The notes beneath the pieces were generated by a model, which saw nothing but the letters and a program-made list of their open reading frames with translations, was not told the origin of the DNA and made no database searches. A DNA stretch of 64,000 bases from Lama guanicoe (lineage: Eukaryota): positions 10,323,186 to 10,387,185 of the forward strand of contig MU054323.1 in NCBI GenBank assembly GCA_013239625.1, given 5' to 3'. A program made the position numbers and the translations under genes. Of this stretch, positions 26,486 through 38,181 are shown in pieces (within the stretch, counting starts at the first letter, position 1; every line of letters begins with the position of its first letter).

Positions 26486-27382
26486 TAGATCCACCAGGTG
26501 GAAAAGGCCATGTTAGAAGCCCCAGGAGTAACCAGAGGGAGGATGGAGGACTGCAGGCCAGGGGAGCACCAGAGGGAGAATGCAAGCAGCAGGCTGGAGA
26601 TAGAGGCCCCAGCAGTCTCAGGAACCCTTGAGGGGAGAAGAGCGAGGCTGCCTGGGGTTCCGGACTGGATTCTAGTCCCTCCAATGCTGGTAAAATATTT
26701 TTAGGGGAGTGATGTATCAGGTAGGTGCTAAGACAGGGTCCAGGCACAGGGGAACAAGATGGGGCTTGAATATCAGAATTCAGAGTTTATCTCCTGGGTG
26801 GGACAAATCCCATCTCTGTCAGAGGCTGCTGGGGTCAAAGCAGGCAGTTATGGAAAAGTACTCTGTAAACCACTGGTGAGAGGCTGAGAGGCTGTCAGAA
26901 AGTACTTTCCATTCCAGGCTCAAAACTATGAGGGAAGCTGGTACCAGGCCCCAAGCTATCAGTGTTCAGTGGAAGGGCCACTTCCAGTCAGAGTCGAGAT
27001 GAATTAGGGTTTCCTTGGAGAAAAAGTGAGAGCTTCCATGTTATTCAGTTTGATAGGCAAAGAAATCTGGAGAGGGGGTAGAGTCTCCTGTGAAAAGATC
27101 AAGGTCACTTGCTTTGGCTACGAGTCAAGAATCTCTTTACATTTTCAGTCGTTAGTTCTTTTCTAAGACCCTCATGCTGGCGTCCGACCTTCTCAGAACC
27201 ACAAAACTGGGAGGAATCCAGGGAATAAGGAAAGCTGGAAGATAGGCAGAGAAGAAGGATAAAAAATAACAAGAAGAAATACTATTCAATGGGTACCTAC
27301 TATGTTCCAGCCATTTTTGTGTGTATTAGCTTTCACTTGAGTCTGAATGAACATGACTGAAATATGTAAGATGATGAGTGAT

Positions 27383-28074
27383 TTAGAATGGTTACTATTA
27401 GAAAAATGGAAAATAGCAAGTGTTGATAAGATGTGGAGAAGAAACTGGAACCCTGTACACTGTTGATGGGAATGTAAAATGATGCATTCATTATGGAAAA
27501 CAGTATGGTGGTTCCTCAAAAAATTAAAGATATAATTACCACAAGATTCAGATATTCACTTATGGGTATATGTCCAAAATAACTGAAAGCAAGGTTTGGA
27601 AAAGATATTTGTATACCCATGTTCACTCCAGCATTATTCACAATAGCCAAAAGGTGGAAGCAACCCACGTTTCCATCAACAGATGAAGGGATAAACAAAG
27701 TGTGGTCTATACATACAATAAAATATTATTCAACCTTAAAAAGGAAAGAAGTTATGACACATGCTGCAACATGTGGACATTATGCTAAGTGAAACAAGCC
27801 AGTCACAAAAAAGATATACTGTATGATTCCACTTATATGAAGTACCTAGAGTAGCCGAATTCATAGAAATTCAAATCGCATTAATAGTGGAATGCTGGTT
27901 TCCAGGGAATGGGGGAGGAGAGGATGAGGAATTGCTGTTTCAACAGAGTTTCAGTTTTGCAAGGTGAAAAGGTTCTGGTCATTGGTTGCACAACATGAAT
28001 GTTTTCTAACATGACTGAACTGTGTACATTAAAATGGTTTTATGTTATATGTATTTCACCACAATTAAAAAAAA
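27383..28074 (+). mobile_element. L1MA/L1MB-type LINE-1 3' fragment
   Basis: 'gcattattcacaatagccaaaaggtggaagcaaccc', 'atactgtatgattccacttatatgaagtacctagagtag', ending 'tttcaccacaattaaaaaaaa'. Confidence 0.93.
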
Positions 28075-29434
28075 CTCCAAGAAGATGATTTTGCCAGACT
28101 TCCTAATTATGATTATCAGCCTATTGATTATGCTGGCCTTGAAAATAAGTCCTAATTAAGATGGCAGGGCAAGAAGACATCAATACAGCCTAATGAGAAA
28201 AGCCGTTGCAGTGGCTCTCCGAGGAGTTCAGGTTCTTCTTTCCTCTTCTTTTAAATCCCTCTTCTGTTTGGCTTCCACTGAAATATACTGGCGTTTGAGG
28301 CAGTGGATGCAGCCATGTACTAGCCGAGTGATGTGGGACCAGGCCCTTTCGGCCTCAGTCTGCTTATCTAGGAAGTGATGGGGTTGGACCAGGTGAGCTG
28401 TAAGAGGCTCCCTCCCCACTGCCATGGGGCAAGGTCTCAGCCCAAAACAGGGAAGAGTGGAGAAGACTCCCACGTGTAGTAGGAAGATGCAGGGTAGGTT
28501 GAAGGGAGCAGCCGGCCTGGTAATGGTGATAAATGTGAGTGACAATTTGGAAAGCCTATGGGGAGACTCTCAGCTCAGCTAGAGTCCTCTCAGCCTCCAC
28601 TCTTGCTGTTAGATGTGGGGCACGTCATGCAGAGGGCTGCTTCCAGCCCAGCAGGTCCCCAGGCACACGGGGCTCCACTTCCACTTTTATGAGCATTTCT
28701 CGAACACCCAGGGGAGTTTCTGACAGGCACTATATGCTTGAGAGTGAAGTGCTACTGAGCAGAGTTTACAATTTCTTTTAGAGAAAATATTTGAGAAGAG
28801 AGACAAGATTTGATGGAGCAGATCTGTGAGGACACCTACAGGACGGTTCATGCCTACAGGGCTTGGGCAGACCTGCCAAGCTGCAGGGGCACAGACACAT
28901 GTCCTCTCTCAGTTCAGAAGGGTCCAAAGGGGAAAGTGATTCTGCTAGGGAACTCCTGGGAGTATGAGGATGACCCATGGAAAGTTTTTTAATTGTGTGG
29001 TTGTCCTGAATCTCCACTGGTCTGTCTAATTGCCAAGCATGCACAGAGGCTAAGCAAGGATAATCGGTTTTGGAGACAGACGGACCAAATCTGAATTCTG
29101 ACTTCACCACTTGGTCTTGTACAAAGTACTTGACTGCCTTGAGCTTCAGCATCTATCTTTCAGGGTTCTTTCAAGGTTTAGAAAAGCTACAGGTAAATGT
29201 CAGTGCCTGGTACATAGTAGGTGTTCAATAAATGGTAGATGATGAAGAAAACATAGTCCACACTCTTGAAGCCATCCTGTATGTTGGGGCAAATATGTGG
29301 ACAAATCATCGTCACAATCATTATCACCATCATCATCTGATAAGTGCTAAAATAAGCGTGTATTGTGATAGTTTTAAAACTAATCTGTAGATTCTTTAAC
29401 AATCCTCTTGAGAGAGGACTTTTGGGAGGTGAGG

Positions 29435-30038
29435 ATTTCTGTGTCTTCCTCTTGAATCCGGGCAGGCTTGTAACTGTTTGGACTAATAGCATATGGCAGA
29501 AGCCACCATGTAACTTTTTGGGGGACTCTTTCGGCGGGGAGTGTAATTAGCTTTTACTTACTTAATTTTTTTTAATGGAGGTACTGGGGATTGAACCCAG
29601 GGCTTCGTGCACATGCACTCTACCACTTGAGCTATACACTCCCTGACCATGTAACCTTTGAGATTAGATCATAAAAAGCCATGCAACTCCCACTTTGTGC
29701 ATAGATACATCTGGCCTTGGAGCCTGGAGCTTCTATGTAAGAAGACTGACACCTCCAAGGCTACCATGCTGGAGAGGTCATCTGTAGGCACTTGGGGGAC
29801 AATCCCAGCTGAGTCCAGCCTCCTGGCTATCTTTGCCAATGCAGCAGACATGCAGCAAAACTATCCCGGACCCTGCATACCAGCTGATCTGCCAGCTGAA
29901 ATACTACTGCGTGACCTCTATCAATCACCTAGTTGAGTCCTGCTTGAATTCTTGTCCCACAAAATCGTGAGATATAATTGCTGTTTTAAACAGCTGTACT
30001 CTGGAGTATTTGCTACTCAGAAATTGATAACTGGAATG
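29435..30038 (+). mobile_element. MLT1 LTR (MLT1G/H-like) interrupted by a SINE
   Basis: 'ccttgaatc'-like start region, 'gtaactgtttggactaatagcatatggcagaag', and the 3' end 'cccacaaaatcgtgagatataattgctgttttaa...gaaattgataactggaat'. Confidence 0.82.
29519..29645 (-). mobile_element. tRNA-derived SINE, camelid Vic-1-like
   Basis: The reverse complement GGGAGTGTATAGCTCAAGTGGTAGAGTGCATGTGCACGAAGCCCTGGGTTCAATCCCCAGTACCTCC has Pol III A and B boxes, followed by an A-rich segment and CTAATTACACTCCCC. TSD ACCATGTAAC(T/C)TTT lies at 29505-29518 and 29646-29659. Confidence 0.9.
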
Positions 30039-30364
30039 TATAAATGATAGGCACACACAGGAGAGGTGTTTGACTAGGGGAAAGGGAAGGGTCTAGAGAA
30101 GAGGTGACACATGAGTTGTGCTCCAAGAATGGGCAGGAGTTTACCAAACAAGGAGAGGGGACAAGGGAGTCCCAGGAAGAAAACAGCATGCTCAGTGAAG
30201 AGCAGGTTGCCTGGGTGACCCCAGGTATGAGCTGAGGGGGTTGGGACAAGTTGGAAAAAGAAGCCAGAAGAGCTTCTTATAAAGTACACTTTACTGAAAG
30301 CAATGTTACTCTCTTCAGTGAGAATAAACGAGCTCAAGTCTTTAAAGATAACAGATAAAAAACT

Positions 30365-30720
30365 TACTATTTCTGTTTTGTTCAAAAAAGGATTTGAGGT
30401 GATCTGCAATTACATATAATAAAAGTATATAAATAAATAAGTTAGGGTGATCTAAGGGTAATATTTTAGTATAAATGTGCCATAAGATTTCTACATGATA
30501 ACTAAAATTTGGCTAAAGTACCTTTCTGTGCTTCCTAGGAGCCAAAGCAAAAAGGGAAACAGGATCAATTATCAGGTTCAAAGTGTTATTAGGTGAATGC
30601 TTTCTTCTGCCATTGAGCTCTAAGAGAAATTGTTTTGTAGGTTACAGTTAAATGCTACAGTTAACAATGTCTTCATCTGCATCTGTAGAGTCAATACAAT
30701 AGCATGTTCATTTAATCATT
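30365..30720 (-). mobile_element. Ancient L4/RTE-X-like LINE 3' region
   Basis: 'ttgttcaaaaaaggatttgaggtg' and 'gcttcctaggagccaaagcaaaaagggaaaca', recalled from L4-family consensus sequences. Confidence 0.55.
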
Positions 30721-30774
30721 TCTCCCAGTGCTATCTTTGAAGCACAAAAGTCAACTGAGGGTTAGATTTTAAAA

Positions 30775-31420
30775 AGTTGAGCTGCATCAAATTAGCAAAG
30801 ATTTTAAAATAATATTCATTACTAGCAAGAATATAGTGAGTGAGGGACTTACACACTGCTGGTGAAAATGAGAATTGATAGATCTTTTCCAGAAATATTT
30901 GGGAATAGGTTGCAAGAACCTTAAAAACTCTGTTCAGACTCTTAGACCCCAAAGTTCCCTTTCTAGGAAAGGGCCTTGGGGAAACAGAGAGTTATACAGA
31001 GAGTTAGACCCAAAGACATTCATGGCAGATTATAATACCATAAAAGTAAAATAAGAAAGAAAGAAAAGAAAAGATAGGAAAAGAAAAGAAAGAAGACAAG
31101 AAATTCAACGATAGGGAAATGGTAATAATGGCACACCTGTGTCACACAAAAAGATGTTTCTAAAGAACTCTTACTAACATGAGAACACTTTCATGTTTCA
31201 AATTAACTAAAAAAAAAAGATAAAATCCACCTGTATCTAAGATTGTTGGAACAGCATGGCAAAATCCATTTATACACACAAAAAGAAAAACTAGAAGGGA
31301 TATATCAAATTGTTCATCAAAATTACTTCTGAGCTGGAGGATTTTGAATGCTTTGAGTTTTCTTCTGAATTTATGTGATCTATAATGGGCATATATAACT
31401 TCTACAATCAGAAAAAAGGA
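30775..31420 (+). mobile_element. Ancient L1ME-type fragments with a purine-rich (GAAA-like) tract at about 31040-31105
   Basis: 'cttacacactgctggtgaaaatgagaattgata' and a degenerate 3'UTR 'ctagaagggatatatcaaattgtt'. Confidence 0.75.
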
Positions 31421-32329
31421 AGTAAAGTTACTCTAAGAGAAGAGAGAGTCAGTTCTTCCTCTCTTCCTAGACCACTGCTTACATACTAAGGAGATCAATT
31501 CCCCCTGCGTTTCTATTCATGAAACTCTTCAAACACTTTCACATTCATTATCTCATTAGTTTCTCACAATCACTCCAGGAGGCAGGCAGGGCAGGGATTC
31601 CATGCATTTTTAGAGGGAAAATGATGTATGGGAAGGTACTATTTGAATGGAGTCCCAGCTTTATTTTCAGGAATCCACATCTCATCTACACCCTGACTGG
31701 TGCCAGAGAACCTCCTGCTGGCACAGTGAGCTCTGCAGGAGGTAGGGGTGGGAAGACAGACCTTACCCACGGCTGCACCACCAAGCTGCTGGCACGTCTC
31801 AGGGCTACTGCATCTCTGAGACATCCATGGTGCTCTGGCAAAGCTTCTAAATCATGGTTTAGACCTGCACTTCTGACAGAGGCACAAATTGCTACTTTGC
31901 ACTGCAGTGAATCTTGACATCTGATTTCCTTTGACAGCTAAATTAACAAATCAACTAAACTCCAATACATTTTATGTCCTGTCTTATGCCAGACTGAATG
32001 TGTTCCAGGCACAACACAGTGCAGAGGAGCTTGGCTTTACTGGCTCGGGGCAAACTCTAAACTATTCACCGCATCCATTTCACTCACTGAACAAGGAAGC
32101 AATTCCTGCATCCATCTGTCAGTCTCTGAACTAGGAGGAGATGAAAGATCAGAGGAAGCTGACCTGGCCAGGCAGTCCCCAAGAGCTGGTCATTCATTTT
32201 GCAACACATTTTCTGGGCTTCTGTCACAATCAGTGGGATAATTTCACTCCTAATTTCTGCCCTGATGGTCAGACTTGGTCTATACCTGCTTCCCTGACCT
32301 CACTTGCCTCCCTTGAAGAACAGTGAGTC

Positions 32330-32545
32330 AGAATAATAAAGACCTTCATTTACACGGCACTCTTCATTTTCTGAAGCTCAAGAACATAAATTATTTCATT
32401 TGATCTTGACAACAACCTTATGACATGTTACTGTCCACCTTCACTTAACAGATGAGGAAGCTGATTCAAGGTCAGATATGTTGTAAGGGATAGAGAAGGA
32501 CTAGAATCATAATTTCCCAGTTGCCAGTCCAGTACACCTTCTAGA
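32330..32545 (-). mobile_element. MIR SINE
   Basis: 'atttcatttgatcttgacaacaaccttatga...acagatgaggaagctga'. Confidence 0.8.
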
Positions 32546-32729
32546 ACCTTCTGGAACATTCTAAGAGTGAGGCTTCTCATCCTGCCTGAAGAGAAGGACC
32601 CTGATCATTCCTCTGAAGCCCTGGTATCTCCTCTCTGCTAGAATCTGGTTTTCTGGCTGGCTTCTGTCTGGTAGAGGACACACTGACCAGGCAGCATGAC
32701 TACTAGCCAGCCAGCTGGTAGCCCCTCCC

Positions 32730-33232
32730 TTTTTACATTTAAAAATTTTCAAAAAGTGGTAAAGTACACATAACATAAAATTTACCATCTTAATCATTTT
32801 AAATGTATAGCACAATGGCATTCTGTACAATCACATTGTTGTATTACCATCACCACCAACCAGCTTCAGAACTCTTTGTCTTGCAAAACTGAAATTCTGT
32901 AAACCCCTCATTGCCCCTTCCCAAGCCTCTGGAAACTTCTCATCTACTTTCTGTCTCTATGAATTTGACTATTCTAGGTATCTCATGTAAATGGAATCAC
33001 CATATTTGTCCTGTTGTGACTGACCTATTTCACTCAGCATAATGTTCTCATCCATATTGTAGCGTGTGTCAGAGTTTCATTCCTCTTTAAGGCATTCAGC
33101 ATTCAAATAATGCATTGTATGTATATACCACAATTTGTTTATCTACGAGGGACATTTGGGTGGCTTCTACCTTTTGGCTATTATAATGCTGCTATGAACA
33201 CTGGTGTACAAATATCTATTCAAGTCCTTACC
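32730..33232 (-). mobile_element. L1MA/L1MB-type LINE-1 3' end
   Basis: 'acataacataaaatttaccatcttaatcattttaaatgta...ctactttctgtctctatgaatttgactattctaggtatctcatgtaaatggaatca'. Confidence 0.93.
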
Positions 33233-33324
33233 TTTCTTTTTCAAAATGGAAGAATAAGCAGGTAGCCTACATTTGCTGAATCATCCTCAGTACAATTTGC
33301 AGGACTTGAGGCCTCTCCCTCTTC

Positions 33325-33600
33325 CTTTTTGCTATCGACTTTATTGAAGAATATTTTATGTATAATAAGCCACACTCATTTAAAGTGTACAAATTGATGA
33401 AGTATGACAGTGATGCATACTCGACTCACAAAGCCATCACCATAATCAAAATACAGAACATCTCCATCACCCCCAAGAAACTCCTCAGGCCCCTTTGCAG
33501 TCCATCCTTGCCCTCTACCCCAGGGCCCAGGTACCGGCATGCACTTTGTCCCTTTAGATTAGCTTTCATTTTAGACAAATGGAATCATGTGGTTTGGACT
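33325..33600 (-). mobile_element. L1M 3'UTR fragment
   Basis: 'actttattgaag...cactcatttaaagtgtacaa...caccataatcaaaatacagaacatctccatcacccc'. Confidence 0.85.
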
Positions 33601-35084
33601 CTGTCTCCTTCTCCCCTGTTCAATGGGCCACCCTTGGAGCTCAGAGCTCAGACCCTGCGATGGCGAGGCCTCTGTTCAGGGTTAGTGTCTAAGTGTGGAG
33701 GGACTCATGCCAAACTTCTGGGCTCAAGCCTAACTCCAAGGATTGGTGTGGCCAGACCATTTCATTTTTTACCTACTCTGCAAGCCATTATACACCTAAC
33801 TTGGAATCTGTTCTCCTCATATTTTAGGACTCCAAAATCCTATATCCTTACCTCAAAGTATCGAGTCCTTAGAGGGGCTGGAGAGAAGAGAAAATGACCT
33901 TATGTGATACGGAGTTTCATATATACAGATCATTTATGATTCTCACAGCAACCCTGCAACATATGTTTGGCTCTCTCTCTAAGCCAAATGAGAAACGATT
34001 TTCAAGGATCTAAGAACTTGCCAAAGACCACTCAATTGTTTAGTTTTAGGGTTGTCTTTCAGGGTCCTCCCCTTGCCCCTTGCCTCCTCATGGGTGAAGA
34101 GGTCCCTGATGATGAAGACGGGGGATGGCAATGGGTTCTCCACCATAGTCCATGCCAACATTCCTTGGTAGCAAGTCCTGCTTGTCCTAGGCCAGTCTCA
34201 AGCTCTCCCTGACCTGAATCATTAGTCAGATCCACATCCTTGCAGGCAGTGACCTCGGCAAACCCCAGCACTTTCAGGGATGCTGCCTGCCAGCTACAGT
34301 TGCAACACAGCACTGAACTCTGTGTTCCTTCAACCTGGGCTCTGCTGATAATACTGGTGAACCCAGGGCAGATTCCCCCCAGTCTAAATAGCTACAGGGC
34401 ATCCTACACATGCCATGTGGGCCTGCAGAGATAAATGAGACACAGCATGGTCTTTGGCCCTGAGGTTCCCAAGTCAGATAAATCAATATTGCTGAGGGAT
34501 GCTAGACTAAACAGAAAGTGTGCCTACTTGCTTCTGATCACATCCTGCTTATTAATTAACCTGGAGCTCCCTGTCAGAGCTGATTTTCCCACTTAGCAAT
34601 GACAGGTGGGAGCAGTTCCATTACCACTGGGAAGAAATACCAAACAGGACCACTAAAGATCATCATTTAGTTTGGGTGGGGTGGGGTAGTGGTGGGGAAG
34701 GATTGACAGGGCTGATGCTCTACTAAGTTGCTGGGGTCTGTCTGCAGCTAAGACTGTTGCATTTCTTAGAGGGCAGAGAGGAGATTTAGGTCCAGATTCT
34801 GGGCTCCTAAGCAAAAGAATTTGAGAAGGCTGTCTTATCTTACATCAAATAAGATGATTTAAAAAACTGGATTATAGTCTCATCCACTCCTAAGATTCAG
34901 GGACTATTCGGGCACCAAGGCAGAAGGGGCAATAATGGGGTCATGAGGGAAGACTTTTAACTTCCATTGCCCTTCAGGCTGCTCAGGAACTGGGCTACCA
35001 TAAAGCAACCCCCCTACACCTGCAGAGTGCCTTCCATGAGTCACAGATGAGCTTTGCACCTGAAACTGCAAGTTAACCCAAGAA

Positions 35085-35237
35085 AGTGGTTCTCAGACTT
35101 TAGCATGCATCAAAATAGTTCTTGAAACCCCCAGAAACTTTCATTCAGTAGGTCTAGGATAGAGCCTGATAACCTGCATTTCTAGTTATGCAAATTATGA
35201 CAGTATGGTCCTGTAACCACATCTTGAGAACCTCGCT
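35085..35237. mobile_element. MER5A-like relic
   Basis: Termini 'agtggttctcagactt' and 'atcttgagaacctc', with internal 'attcagtaggtctagg'. Confidence 0.78.
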
Positions 35238-36652
35238 GTAAGGGTTTGGCTGCAAGAAACGACTATGGGGCTTTCTGTGTCACCTTGATAGTCTTACCGT
35301 TAACTTGACGTGGGCTGATGAACTGGCTCCTAAGGACAGGGAGAATTTGGGAATAAGGGAGTCTACACCCTTCTTTCAGAGACAACACAGCCTGCCCCAT
35401 GTTGGGCATGGGTTGAAAGTGCGAGTTACAGGATTCCAGCCCCCGTCGCGGAGCCAGTCTCCCCATCTCTCTGAGGCTGACTTGGCATATCTGCCAGCCA
35501 GATGGTCCCCCAGGGTGGTCCATCTGGGTCTGCTTAGGAGAATGAATGAACTGTGTCTGTAAAGAGCCGGCAGCTCTCTGATGAGGGCATCTCAGCACAA
35601 TTACCATCATAATAAATGCTTTCCATTTGTATGGTGCACTGTGGGCCCTCAGGGCACCTACAGGCCTCAGCTCACTGGGGTTTTACAACAACTTGGACAG
35701 TCAGGTTGGTAGGAAACAAGGTGGAGGTGGCCATGTATCAACAGTATCATTCTATGGTCAGAAAGCTGAAGCTCACAGGTACCAATTCGCAAAGCCAGTT
35801 GGGACATCTCAATTAGCTAGTTTACAGCAGGACCAGAGTTCTTCACACAACAGCAAGTACTAATAGTTCATATGGTCAACGTCAAGCTTTCTGAAGCACT
35901 CTGACAGATATTATGAGATTTAATCTTTCTAGTAATTCTGTGAAGTAGTTATAAAGCCACTAAGAGGTTTGGTTCTTACCCAGATCACATAGAAGGAATG
36001 AGGCAGCATGAATCCTGAACAGGCTCTGAATTCAGGCTGCCTGAGTTTGACTCTTGGCTCCACCACATACTAGCTCCATAAGCTTGGGCAAAGTGGCTTG
36101 CCCTCTTGTGTGTAACGGGGCCAGTAAGAGAACCTTTGTCAGGTCTTTGAGAAGAGAAAGTGAACCAGTGGCCATAGAGTCCTCAGCAATGCTTGACTCG
36201 GAGTAAAGTCTGATGAATGTTGGCTGCCTCCCCTCCACCCACAATCTCTGATGAAATGGGTTGCAGGGATGTCATCTCCATACGCCTGGAAAAGACAATG
36301 CAGTCTGCCTTCTCCTGTGGGGCTTGCCGGGTCCTAATTACCAGGAAGCAGCGGTTTCCCCGGCCCACGGCACAGCCTGCCCCTTCATTCTTGACCCCAC
36401 TCTGACTGGTGTTTTGACAATAGGCCTCAGCCCAAGCTTTGGCCTCTCTTTGTTTGCAGCCTCAGCCAGGGAAAGTCACTTCAAACTGCTTGCTTGTGAT
36501 TGCTGCCTCGTAGGCTGAGATTCGTGGGGCCACATTGGCTTAATAGTCCATTACAAATCACAGTGGGGAAATCAGAGTGCATTATGTGGAGGCAGTTGAC
36601 ATGGCATCTACCAGGGTAGGGGGAAGCGGCTGAAGAGGGAGGTTCATTTATA

Positions 36653-36699
36653 CACAAAACAACTCCACATCCACGAAGCAGGGTTCCACCACACTGGGT
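36653..36699 (+). repeat. 47-bp exact dispersed direct repeat, copy 1
   Basis: CACAAAACAACTCCACATCCACGAAGCAGGGTTCCACCACACTGGGT, identical to 37374-37420. Confidence 0.97.
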
Positions 36700-37373
36700 C
36701 TGTTTTCAATCCTCCAATGCAAAAATTGATGGCAGTCTGTTACCTGGCTGGTGGCCTCTCCTCTCATTGTTTCCAGCTCTCAAGGAGCACCTTGCAGGTG
36801 GCATGAAGGATGTGTAGATGTTGGCCAGGTGAGAGCTCACAGAGAGGGACCAGGTGATCAGGGAGAGGGACAGAGGGATGGTTTATCCAGTGGACATCTG
36901 GGGATATGGTGAAGCCTGTGAGCGAGGCTCTAAGCTGGACGAAGAACCAGTGCCTGCAGGGTCCTTGTCACCATGGCTATCTGAGAGGGCTGGCCAGGAG
37001 GGACCTGGCTGCGCAGTCCTGTCCAGGCATGGGAGGAGTCACTGAGACAGGGGCATCCCACACTCCATGTGGAGGCAGGCAGGCCCTCGGGCTCTGGAGG
37101 ATGAGTAAGAATCAGTAAGAGCATGTCGGGCAGGCAGGGCTAAGGCTGATGGACTACTGATCTTAGGACAAAGGCTTGGCTAACTGGCTTACTTTTTCTG
37201 TAAAATAATCCTGTCCTGCATATCCTTCAGTGTTGCTGGGATCAGAATTGCCCTGTTACACAACTCCAGGCTGGTCTTTGTGAGGTCTAGGTGAAGTACT
37301 GATTGAGATTATGAGACAAAACCATAAAGGAAAGCTCATCGTGAACTTGAAGGAATTGCGCAAATACAATTTG

Positions 37374-37420
37374 CACAAAACAACTCCACATCCACGAAGC
37401 AGGGTTCCACCACACTGGGT
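37374..37420 (+). repeat. 47-bp exact dispersed direct repeat, copy 2
   Basis: Identical to 36653-36699, with unrelated flanks. Confidence 0.97.
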
Positions 37421-37917
37421 GAGAGTGGCTAAGGGCCAGTGGGCATTTGTTGTGGCCAAAAAGAAGTTAGTGGTCCATCGGTGATCACTGGTTCTGATAA
37501 GGGCACAGGCAGGGAGCGGATCCTGGGAAGACCTCTGCACTGAATTATGTGTTTGAGTCAGCTTGTCCCAAGGGATGGCTGCCACCGGCTTTGGCCTTGC
37601 TGGGTTTCTGTCGGCTATGAGGAACCTTCCAGACTTCTCCATGGCTCCATGCTTCTGAGTGGGCACTTCCTGAGTACCTGCTCTGTGGTGAACTCAGCAC
37701 ACAGGGTACCGAGAAACCAGCAGTGACCACGCATTGGGCACCTGCCCAGGGCCAGTCACTCTGCATACTCTCTATGTCATTTCAGCCTCCTATGAGTAGG
37801 TATTATTATCTTTGCTGAGCAGATAAAGAAACTCAGGCCCAGAGAAATTCAGTGACCTATCCAAAAGCCAAATTTGAACTATGATTTGTCCACACCTGAG
37901 CCTAAACAACTGCTACA

Positions 37918-38181
37918 CTGGTGTCTCCCAAACTGTTTTCTGCAGAAAACACTGATTCTGGGAGCTATTTTTGGTGTTTCATGAAGTCAATTTCACGGCA
38001 ATAAGTACAGGAAGGCTACATATTCTATTTTCCTCTTGGAGATTTACACTGCATGTTAGCAAATTAAGGGCTCGAAGAAGTCCTACACCAGAGAAATTTG
38101 GGCAACATTTTAAAACTCAACATTCATTACATATATTTGAACACGGGGCACTTTTTCTCCCTAGCATGTTGGGAAATACTG
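37918..38181. mobile_element. MER112-like hAT-Charlie element, preceded by a minus-strand MIR at about 37750-37917
   Basis: Imperfect terminal inverted repeats (gtgtctcccaaac ... gttgggaaatactg) and internal 'gagatttacactgcatgttagcaaattaagggctcgaagaagtcct'. Confidence 0.65.

Noticed and set aside
27350..28019. 12-bp match AACATGACTGAA on either side of the L1 fragment as a TSD
   Set aside because: The second copy lies inside the L1 3'UTR, upstream of the tail, so it cannot be a TSD. It is probably chance.
29575..29645. Possible tRNA gene
   Set aside because: It has a SINE tail and TSDs, and the anticodon arm is disrupted. It is a SINE.
33358..33897. 179-aa ORF
   Set aside because: It begins in antisense L1 3'UTR sequence and runs into unrelated DNA.
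36653..37420. CRISPR-like array or LTR pair from the 47-bp repeat
   Set aside because: Only two copies, 721 bp apart, in eukaryotic DNA. There are no cas genes, no TG..CA termini and no flanking TSD.
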